NCBI RefSeq assembly: GCF_006345805.1
Contig: NC_043024.1
Coordinates: 17,422,001 to 17,486,000, forward strand
Origin: Octopus sinensis
Lineage: Eukaryota
Direction: 5' to 3'
Length of the DNA stretch: 64,000 nt
The notes below the pieces were generated by a model. The model was not told the DNA's origin. It did not search any database and was given only the letters and a program-made list of their open reading frames with translations. A program made the translations under genes and the position numbers. How positions within the stretch are numbered: position 1 is the first letter of the stretch; each line of letters begins with the position of its first letter. Positions 53,163-64,000 of this stretch are shown piece after piece.

Positions 53163-53799
53163 TTATTCTTAAAAAGACATTGTATGTTAGGTGTGAGAAG
53201 CTGGGTCTGGCTAATTTAAACATAAAGCAGAGTGAATATCTGGGCTGTATATGGCTGGTTTAACCCATTAGCATTCAGAATTATTTGTCAAACGTAATGC
53301 TTAATTATTCACATTGTTTTCAATTAATCATTTATTATCTTAGAGCTTCAAGATTTCAATGATGTGACTGTTTATCTTTTGAATAATTTTGCATTATCCC
53401 AAAATTAGAAATTATTATTATTATTGAAAGTTTATATCTATGATTTCCCTTAAAATATTTGTTTAGTCTTCAGATGGTGCTTTTGAAGTGTATACCCTTT
53501 AAGACTAAACTAAGGATTGATTCGTTAGAATGTTATGCTTTCTGTTTTACCAAATATAAGTTTTAATATGTTTATGTAATTAATATGATTATTTATGTAA
53601 TAATTTTTATCCTTGAAACCACTAAGTTTTAATGCTTCATTGTAAAGAGATGCTTTGTTAAGAGAAGATTCATTACATGAAATACTGAATGAATGTATGC
53701 TAATATTTTTTAATTAAATCACATATAATAACAGAGAGATAATTAGAAGCTATATGTATATTCTAGAACTGTTCATTTCATTTCCAAAATGGACATTAT

Positions 53800-54330
53800 T
53801 TATTAGTTTCTAAATCCGACATAATATCCAAGAATTAACAGTGTGGAAGCTAATAAACGTAGTAATCTTTACATAGAAATCATTAAATAATTTTTTGTAG
53901 AAACCGTCTGTTACACATTTTATATTACATGTAATAAAAAGCCAGTTATCTCAGTATAATCCACACTATTAATTATGGAATTTATTATGTAATGAATACA
54001 ATATATATAAAGAATTAGAAGCTAACAAATTACAGTAGAATCTCAATTAGCCATCACCACATCAAGAGAAGTGGAATTATCTTTCTTTACTCATACAGTT
54101 TTATCAAAAGAAAATAATGTTCTTCTTTTATAGATAATTATTTTTATATCAAGAATCATTGATTGGCATATAATTCCTTTCGAAACCAGTATTTATTTAG
54201 AGCAAAGATTTAGTTACCAAACAATGAAATACGAGACAGGTACAAAATTGATTTTTGGACACTGATGGTCCAAAATCTCTTATAATCTGCTCTAATTTAC
54301 ACTAATGTACAGGTACCTATATTTCATTTA
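53800..54330 (-). mobile_element. Heavily decayed Penelope-like RT fragment
   Basis: IISFDKTV*VKKDNSTSLDVVMAN*DS and GLY*DNW resemble PLE motifs LLF..WVKK..FDVTMGSYDG and GLYRDDG. Confidence 0.65.
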
Positions 54331-56016
54331 AGCATTTGAAAGAAATTTAAATTTAATGTTTGTTTAATTTAGAGGTGACCAGCTCTGTTTCAATGATGTG
54401 ATTGTTTATCTTTTGAATAATTTTGCATTATCCCAAAATTAGAAATGATTATTATTGAAAGTTTATATCTATGGGTTCCCTGAAAATATTTGTTTCATCT
54501 TCCGATGGTGCTTTTAAGGTATATACCCTTTAAGACTAAACTAAGGATCGATTCATTAGACCAAGGTGACCAGCTCTGGTTTGGAAAAAATTATAATCCA
54601 ATAAGGCCTTGGGACCAAAAATTGTAGAAAATCAATCTTGTATTATGAAAGTAAACACATTTGTAAAAATGTTTCTTCACAGAGGAGCTGCTAGATGCAG
54701 GAGGAAAGAATGAGAAAAAGTTGTGGTGAAAGAGTCAGCAGAAGTTCGCCATTACCTTCTGCCAGAGCCGCATGGAGCTTAGGTGTTTCGCTCATAAACA
54801 CACACATCACCCTGTCTGAGATTCAAACCCACAATCCCTCGACCGCGAGTCTGCTGCTCTAACCACTAGGCCATGTGCCTCCATATAAGGCCTACATAGA
54901 GATAAGAATTCAATTTTATCATCTATTTTGATTTACAAACTGTTTGTTTAACTTCTTAATTAATGAAATTAAGGGTTATGTCAATAGATGTTTAGAAGTA
55001 TTAGTAACATTATAAGAAAAAAATAAAGTCATAAGAATAAGGTTTTCCACAAAATTATTTTGTGTTGTGTGGACCTGTTTCTGTCTGTCTGTCACACCCC
55101 AACCTTTCATCATCTGACACAAGACCACCCCTTCCAATGACCCATCCTCTCTCAAAGGATCTTTGTCTTGCAAGTTACTTTGTGACCCTGCTGGTGCCAC
55201 GTAAAAAGCATCCAGTTCACACTGTAAAGTGGTTGGCATGTGGAAGAGAATCCAACTGTAAAAACCATGCCAAAACTGACTTCCCTGTACTTGTGCCACA
55301 TAAAAAGCACTCTGTCCTCTGGTTGGTTCTAGGAAGGGCATCCAGCTGTAAAATCCTTGCCAAAACAGACACAGAAGTCTGGTGCAGTCTTCTGCATGGA
55401 CTGCTCCTGTCAAACCATCCAACCCATGCCAGCATGGAAGATGGGTGTTAAATGATGATGGTGCTGGTACTGGTGATGATGATGATGATGATGATTATGA
55501 TGGGGACTGTCATACGAATGAATGGACCCAACTTTCCCTTTGCATGTCATAAAAGCAAATCCTACTTCAAGAGGTTGAGGGAGGATTTTCACTCTAACCT
55601 CATAAAACCCTCACCAGCAACAACTACCTAAAGAGACCCATGGGTTGAAGCATTGTTGCCTGAACGTGGTAGCAATGATGTATTGTTACAGCCCATTCCC
55701 CCATACTATTACTACTACTACTATAATATGTTTTGTTTTGACTGAGGTGGAACAAAAATACTCTTGAATGTTGAAAAATTTGTAGATTATGCTTCAGAGT
55801 CTGTTGAAAACTTTTAGAGATATTTTTGAATCTCCCCTTTCTAAATAATTTGTAATGGTCTCGTGTTGCCCTTATTCCTTCTGGGGTCACTAAAATAAGT
55901 ACTCGTCTCATAAGTATTAGGACTTACTTTCATGAATATTTATCTAGTATTAGTGTTGGTTTAATTGATTAAATCATCCACTCAGAATGTGTGGCCTTGT
56001 GCCTGAATTAAAAATT

Positions 56017-56345
56017 ATTATTATTGTTGTTATTATTATTATTATTGTCATTTCACTTCTCAGAGTTCTCAATTTCATTTGCTCTGGCTAAATTCTGTAA
56101 GAGAGGACAAGTACCTGTTGTCAAGGGTCTCATGAGGTCTTCTTCTTCCACAATATTTAGCACACAAGGACCAACCTCAAAATCCTCCCTGTCCCCAATA
56201 AAGCAGTTTTCTGAGCATGTTCTGATCTCATGTCAGACCCAATTTTTCCAACAAATTTCTCAAACCTAGTTGTTGTTAGATAAATTTATTGATCTTTGCA
56301 ACATTCTTTCATTATGTTAAAGTGTTTATGTCTTTATTTCCATAG
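56017..56345 (-). mobile_element. R4/Dong-like LINE extreme 3' end with (AAT)n tail
   Basis: EHAQKTALLGTGRILRLVL matches the REL-domain C-terminal QK.ALLGTA.ILRKVL; followed by a 3' UTR and (aat)n. Confidence 0.7.
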
Positions 56346-56659
56346 TAAAGGTTGTTTAATGTTTAACAGTCAAACACACAAACATTGTAGCAAACACAAC
56401 AATATTGTAGATTAGTTTTGTTATTAACAGAAATTAATTAGGATTCTGATATTAATACCAATTAATGTAAATTTTAATATAAATGTAATTCCGATATTAA
56501 TATAAACTTTTATTATTAATCTAAAAACAATTCCAAATTAATTTTAAATTAATTCTTATATTAATTAAAAAGTAATTCTAATATTAATTTAAAGTTCGAA
56601 TATTAATTTAAAATTAATTTGAATATTTTATTGAAGTTAACAATCTCTACACCCAGCTC

Positions 56660-56812
56660 TCAGGGGAGTGTAGAAGAGGTGCAAGAGAGGAAGAGGGCAA
56701 AGTACCTGGTGTTAGAGGAATATTACAGGTGTGGGTGGGTGACCAACTGCATACCAGTGGAGGTGGACAATTGAGGGATCACTGGTTGTTCCCTTAGTAA
56801 GGTCTATAAAGG
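56660..56812 (+). mobile_element. HERO/NeSL-like LINE restriction-like endonuclease fragment
   Basis: SVEEVQERKRAKYLVLEEYYRCGWVTNCIPVEVDN*GITGCSLSKVY resembles EEAHERKRAKY..GW..C.PVEVGCRGF.G.SL. Confidence 0.7.
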
Positions 56813-57149
56813 GTAAAGGGTAAAGACTCTCCTGCAGTCATTAATGACCATGGGATTGCACCTAGAAAGTTCCCAGCTGAGGTACAAGTCTAGGCAAGGG
56901 TGTTTATGTAAGACCAGCAGTTGCCCATGTATACCAGCCCGATGTTATCCAAGGGAAAAGCAAAAGGGGCCAATACAGCATGGCACCAGTGACATCGCAA
57001 CTCATTTATACAGCTGAGTGAACTGGTGCAATGTAAAATAAAGTGTCTTGCTCAAGAACACAACACAAAGGCCTATAAAAAAAAACCTGATATTACACGA
57101 ATAAGTAGGAGGAGGCCATCAAGAACAATGAATTTTCTTTTCTTTTTAT

Positions 57150-57348
57150 TCTTTTATTTGTTTCATTCATTTGACTGCAGCCATGCTGGAGCACCACCTT
57201 TAGTCGAGCAAATCGATTCTTTGTAAGCCAAGTGCTTATTCTATCGTTCTCTCTAGCTGAACTGCTAAGTGACAAGGACATAACCACACCAGCATCAGTT
57301 GTCAACCGAAGTTGGGGGGGACAAACACAGACACACAAACATATACAT

Positions 57349-57379
<31 letters not shown>

Positions 57380-57540
57380 CGACGGGCTTCTTTCAGTTTC
57401 TCTCTACCAAATCCACTCACAAGGCTTTGGTCAGCCCGAGGCTATAGTGGAAGACACTTGCCTAAGGTGCCATGCAGTGGGACTGAACCCAGAGCCATGT
57501 GGTTGGTAAGCAAGCTACTTACCACACAGCTACTCCTGGG
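57150..57540 (-). mobile_element. SINE family A
   Basis: Reverse complement of the family A blocks. Confidence 0.85.
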
Positions 57541-58449
57541 CCTAATGTGGAGATTATCAAGAAAACATCTAGAAAAAAACGTCTAAAAAATGAGAGCTGG
57601 TTTGGGTCAGTAGACTGTCATTTGAACATGGGTTGGAGTATTTAAATGAGCGTGTCTTAAATAACACCTGGAACATTCTGTGACCCTATCATACAACATT
57701 GACCATATATCCATCTATTGTCTCTATGGATGAAACTAAGAACCAAATATAGTTCTAATATAGATAAAAAAATTAATCCAAATATTAATCTAGATTAAAC
57801 CCAACTGTAGTGGTGGTGGTGGTGGTGGTGGTGGTGGTGGTGGTAGGCTTAGTCTGTCACATCACCACTACCATCGGTTGTTGGATGTTTCCAGCTGATT
57901 CCATTCTTTGTAAGAATGCAAACCAAGTTCTCCAGTGAGAAGGTAGTTGTCCACTTCTTCCACCACTCATGAAGACCCTGGAAAACAGTCATGGAAATTG
58001 CATTTTTTTCTCCTCTCAGCCATTAATGATAATAATAATAATAATAATAATAATGATAATAACGGTTTCAAATTTTAGTACTAGACCAATACACATGCAT
58101 GAGTGCACAAACATCAAATAATAATAATAACAACAATAATGATGATGATTTCATTTATTTGCCACCAGGGCAAAGGATGAGGGGAACAATAATGCAAAGA
58201 CAGACAAAGTGTATGAGTGTGGGTTTTTTTATTCATCTTTATTCATCTTTCTGAAAAGATGAAAAAAAACAAAGAAAAATGTAAGTATACAGGGGATACA
58301 AGTTATATAATAAATATATATATACATACATACATATATATATATATATATCCACACACATTATATAATAATGATAATAAAAGAAGTCTAAGAAGTTAGC
58401 ATCTTTATATAATCATGTACACTCATCTAGAATCACACACACACACACA

Positions 58450-58487
<38 letters not shown>

Positions 58488-58815
58488 CACACACACATCA
58501 TAAAAACATATCTCCTGAAATTGCAGTAACCTGGTCTTATTGGATCTTCATTGTGTTTGTCAGTTTTCGTTTATTTTGCACACAGCTAGCGGGAGGTTTT
58601 GTCCATTAATTTCATGGATAATATCAGTTAAAGTTTTTCTCCTGAACATATTACGTATGTGAGACGCCCTGCTGCATAAATATACATACATAAGCACGAG
58701 GATGGTGGTGATGATGATAAGAGACAGAGATGATGATGATGATGATGATGATATTGATGACAAGAACAATGATGATGATGGAGGTGATGATGACGATGAT
58801 GATGACAATGATGAT

Positions 58816-58866
<51 letters not shown>

Positions 58867-58906
58867 TAAGAAAGAATAGATATTGGTAGCCAAGGAAAGA
58901 GAGAGA

Positions 58907-58939
<33 letters not shown>

Positions 58940-59349
58940 CAGGTGAAAGGGTGGAATAAACCAATTGTCTATTCATGTCAGAAAAGTGACAGAAACAAGG
59001 GAGATAATGAAGTGAGTCTTGTCACTGATATACATGCACTCACACTTACACCTCACCCCACTCGCTCACCCATCCACCCCCACCCACTCACCCACCCCTC
59101 GCTCTTTCTCTTCATTGATTGAATATTTTCTATTCAACAGTTCATTCATGTTGGTGTTGACAGATACTTAATAGCTGTCCAACTCCTACTACACCCTTCC
59201 ACACACATCCATGCATATATGTACATATAAATATATACATATATATATATATAGCTGTGTTTGTATCCTATATACGTTTACATATATGTGTATGCGTATC
59301 TGTATTTATATAGACATTCACACACCCATACACATACGCATATTTGCAT

Positions 59350-59432
59350 AAATGCAAATATACATACTTAGACACACACACCGATACACATATACACATA
59401 CATACATACATACATACATACATACATGCATA

Positions 59433-59472
<40 letters not shown>

Positions 59473-59880
59473 TATATATATGTGTATATGTATATATGTA
59501 TATGTATATGTATTTATGTATATATATATATATGTATATGTGTATATGTATATATATATTATATATGTATATATGTGTATATGTATATATATGTATATGT
59601 ATTTATGTATATATATGTATATGTATATGTATATGTATATATATATGTATATATATGTGTATATGTATATATGTATATATATATGTATATGTATATATAT
59701 ATGTATATATATATATATGTATTATATATATATATATGTATGTATATATATATATATATATGTATGTGTATATATATATATATGTAGTGTATATATATAT
59801 ATATGTATGTGTATATATATATATATGTATGTGTATATATATAATATATACATATATATATATATATATATATGCCAGTA
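59350..59880. repeat. (AT)n/(ATGT)n microsatellite
   Basis: Direct inspection. Confidence 0.95.
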
Positions 59881-60794
59881 TACAAACGCATATACACCCA
59901 TGACCCCAAACACTTCACGTCAATCACCATCACCTGTTTCCCTTCTTCTTGTCTAAGTCACAACACTTGTTGTCTACAAATCACTGTTGGTCATTTCGAT
60001 AAAGTTCTTGGTGAGCCACGAAGGAGGAGGAGGGAAAGAGAGAGGTAAGGGGACAGAGAATGTGTCACAAACTTTTGGCGTGCATCAAGGTTCCGTTAAG
60101 TCTCCAGTGCCTTTCTTTGTATATTAAGAATTTGCTTGCTGTTACAAGTCATCTTGTGGGGTGAAGGGTGGGGTGGGGGATTAACAGAGGGAAGTTGTGA
60201 AAGAGGGAGATCCAGGAAGACATGGGATGAAGTACTGAAGGCCAACCTCAAAATGCTGAACCTTATGAAGGAGCTGACAGAGGACTGAGATATGTGGCAC
60301 ACTGATGTACTTGAGAAGACCGTGTGAATGCTAGTGCCACATGAAAAGGCACTGGTGATGGTGCCACATAAAAAACACACCCGATACACTCTGAGGAGTG
60401 GTTGGCATTAGGAAGGGCATCCAGTCATAGAAACCAAGCCAAAACAGAGTATGGAAACCATCAAGTTGTCCAGCCAATGCTAGCATGGGAAACAGATTTA
60501 TATGATGATGGTGGTGGTGGTGGTGGTGGTGATGATGATGGTTGATGATGTTGGTGATTGATGATGATGATGATGATGATGGTACTGATTGATGAGGATG
60601 ATGATGGTAACAATGACAACAACGATGATGATTCTTTAAACGTTCCACTCATATTCAATACTCTACTTGCAGGTTGCAAACCTGTGTTGCATCCTAGAAT
60701 GAGGACCTTTTGAACATCATCAGTGAAGACATTCTGTGACACTACAGATATAAAATTATACAAATATCCAAACTCACACTCTTTATTTAGACAC

Positions 60795-61212
60795 AAGGGA
60801 TGGTATCATCCAATGAGTTACTGTTTTAATACCTAATATTTGTTGTGAATAATAATATTCATAAAATGATAAGCTTTTATGCAAATCATGGTTTATAATC
60901 ATTCAAAAGAAAGTAAGAAAATGAAGATATAACATTTAATAAAAATTTATCTGCAAAAATCAAGCATAGTCCCTTACAGCTGTTTTAATTAAGCCTAACA
61001 GATTAAATAGCAATTATTAAAATAATTATATTAGGCAAAATCTGTTCTGAAGAGATTTTGCCTAATATAATTATTTTAATAATTGCTATTTAATCTGTTA
61101 GGCTTAATTGAAACAGCTGTAAGGGACTATGCTTGATTTTTGCAGATAATAAATTTTATTAAATGTTATATCTCCATTTTCTTACTTTCTTTTGAATGAT
61201 TATGAACCAAGA
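60795..61212. mobile_element. Second copy of the palindromic HHR element (same family as 28165-28645); axis ~61045, inside the ribozyme
   Basis: Arms ~60890-61043 and 61052-61210; plus strand CTGAAGA at 61047, GAAACAGCTGTA at 61110-61121. Confidence 0.8.
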
Positions 61213-61959
61213 TATGTGTGTGTGTGTGAAGGCACATGGCTTAGTGGTTAAGGTGTTGCACTCACGATTGCGAGATCGTAGGTTCGATTCCCAGACTGGG
61301 CATTGTGTTGTGTTCTTGAGCAAAGCACTTCATTTCATGTTGCTCTGCGATCATTTCAACATCTGACATGTGGCACCTGTTGCACTTGTACAGGTAATGT
61401 CAATTGATGGAGGGAGGGAGCTTATGTCTATATAACCATTTGATCACTATAAACAAATCACCTGTGTGGGTGTTCAGTAAGAAATTGTTGAACCCTCATA
61501 TGTCATTTAACAACAGGAGAGTCCATCCATCATATATATATATATATGTGGCAAAGTGGTTGAACTCCTTTCAAGTGTTGGGCCACATGGAGGCAATGAC
61601 CGAGACATTTGAAGCACCTTTCAATCATTGGGCCTCACAGAGGCTAAGTGGTTGAGCTCTTTTCAAGTGTTGGGCCTCACAGAGGCAATGACTGAGACAT
61701 TTGACATTATGCCATGCTTGGGAAGACCCATCAAGCCGAGCAAAATCACAGTCATGGCAGATACCAGTGTCATGCACCCATGCCAATGGCATGTAAAGGC
61801 AGCCATTACACTCTAGGGGTGGTTGGCATTAGGAAGAGCATCCAGCCGTAGAAAATCATGCCAAATCAGATTGGAGTCTGGTGCAGCTTTCCAGCTTACC
61901 AGCCCTGGTCAAACTGTCCAACCTATGCCAGCATGGACAACGGATGTTAAATGATGATC

Positions 61960-62059
<100 letters not shown>

Positions 62060-64000
62060 AATGTATATATGCATGTGTGTTTGAGTCTGTTTTCCACCAT
62101 CATTTGACAACTGGTGTTGGTTTGTTTACATCCCTGAAACTTACATATTCAACAAGAGAAACCAACAGAATAAGTGCCAGACTTAAAGAACTAAATACTT
62201 CAAGATGGTGCTCCAGTATATACGCATATACATAAGCATTGGTGTGGGTGCTGGTACCACGTAAAAAGTACCCAGTTCACTCTGTAGAATGGTTGGCATT
62301 AGGAAGGGCATGCAGCTATAGAAACCAAGCCAAAACAGATTGTAGAGCCTGATGTGGCCCCTGGCCTTGCCAGCTCGTCAAGCAGTCCAACCCATGCCAG
62401 CATGGAAAACAGACGTTAAATGATGATGAAGATGATGATGATGATGATGATGACGACCACTTGTACACATATATTAATCAAAAGTTCACTAGTAGATTCT
62501 CCCCCACCTGTACCCCATCGTTACGTATTATTTCTTTGTTCAGATTATTCAAACCACTCTGGCTATTCTCATATCTTTTCTGTTTTCTTCCACAACCTTA
62601 GAATTCTTCATCACTAAATTTAAATTTAGTTAAGATAAAATGGTAAAACCATTATCACATAAACAAATTGGCACCATTCCACTTTGACCTTTCACCAAAC
62701 CAGATGCCGTATTCTAACATGGTCTTCTGTTGTCAAAATTAGTTTTCATTTAGCAAAAAAGAATTGGTTTGATGCCAAAATAAAATTGTAATGTTAAAAT
62801 ATTCATCTTGAAATTTAATGTTTGCAAGATTTTCTATTGAGACAAAGAATTTCTATTGAAAACAATTAATCACTAATGAGATAATCTTCTCTGCTGGCAG
62901 AACATTTAAAATTAGTAAAATATAGCACCAGCCTATAATAAATAGTCTTTGACTAACCAATGAGAACACCTCTGACAGCCTGACCTGCTTGCTAGAAATA
63001 GCATTCATATGTCAAATAGGTGCATGTGTGGCTCCGGGGGTTAAGAAGCTTGCTTCTCAACCATGTGGTCTTGAGTTCAAGTTCCACTGTGTGACATTGT
63101 GGGCAAGTGTGTTTTACTATAGCTTCAAGTGAGTGGGTTTTGTACAGAGAAACTGAAAGAAGACAGTTGCATGTGTTTGTGTTTGTGTGTGTTAGGGTAT
63201 GTGTATGTATGTACTTTTGTCTTGAGATCAAATGATGGTTCTAAATGAACATCACTGTCATACATGCGAGGTTGTTCATGTCCAGTCTTCTGTAAAAATC
63301 ATGTCTGGCCATGGGGGAAATATCGATATTAATTTGCTTGGAAACAGATGAGAGTTGGTTACAGGAAGGCATCCAGATGCAGAAAATCTGCCTCAGCAAA
63401 TTCTGTCTGACCTATGCAAGCACAGAAAAGTGGAGATTATTCATTATCATCATCATCATCATCATCATCTAACATCTGTTGTCCATGCTGGCATGGATTG
63501 GATGGTTTGACTGAAAACTGGTAAACTCAGGAGCTGCACCAGGTTCCAACCTGATTTGGCAAGGTTTCTATGGCTGGATGCTCTTCCTAATGCCAACCAC
63601 CCCAAGAGTGTAATAGGTGCCTCTTATGTGCTACCGGCATGGGTGCCAGTTATGAAACACTGGTATCAGCCATGACTATGATCTTACTTGTATAGACCAG
63701 CGTATCCCATCAGAGTGACACAGAGATAGAAATGTATGAAGCCCACTATGCCCATCCTGACTACCTGTCTGATAAGGGTACTTCAGGTATAAGCATCACA
63801 ACCATATCTATGTGTGACATGGTGATCCCATATCAAGATAAACAGTGCATGACTTTGCATGTTGGGCCTAGTTAGAGTTTTCTTCAAGTTTTCTCAAAAG
63901 TTGGAATACAGGTTAAGGGTGATGAATGAAACACCCATATGCATCCTTTTAGATCGCCTTTTCTAAACCACAACCAACTCTTGTCCCAACCAGTGCTTGC

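Noticed and set aside
55624-55911. 95-aa minus-strand ORF
   Set aside because: No recognisable homology, and it runs into a (AGT)n repeat
60640-60730. Minus-strand CTGATGA-tgttcaa..ttgaata
   Set aside because: The GAAA box is interrupted (gagtggaacg) and there is no stem I
461-60800. Many long ORFs rich in YI/IY/CV/HT/poly-H/poly-S
   Set aside because: They are translations of (AT)n, (GT)n, (CAT)n and (AGAT)n microsatellites

Overview
Eukaryotic, AT-rich window made almost entirely of repeats, with long (AT)n, (CAT)n, (AGAT)n, (CT)n and (AAT)n microsatellites. The SINE repertoire, recognised from memory and not by search, is most consistent with an intron or intergenic region of an Octopus (cephalopod) genome. 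I found no intact host gene, and nearly all ORFs in the supplied track are microsatellite artefacts. Recognisable coding remnants are all decayed transposons: at least six Penelope-like element (PLE) fragments (RT and/or GIY-YIG endonuclease), an RTE LINE 3' end with three C2H2 fingers, R4/Dong-like and HERO-like LINE pieces, maT (DD37D) and mariner transposase remnants, piggyBac-type MITEs and dozens of SINEs in about five families. The most notable signal is an unusually dense set of minimal type-I hammerhead ribozyme (HHR) motifs with palindromic stem III, about 15 intact or degenerate copies. They occur at PLE ends, in long head-to-head palindromes whose axis lies at or just upstream of the ribozyme (3.3-3.7, 28.2-28.6 and 60.9-61.2 kb), and in a retrozyme-like tandem dimer with a 386-bp period (23.4-24.1 kb). 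All folds were paired by eye; none was computed.
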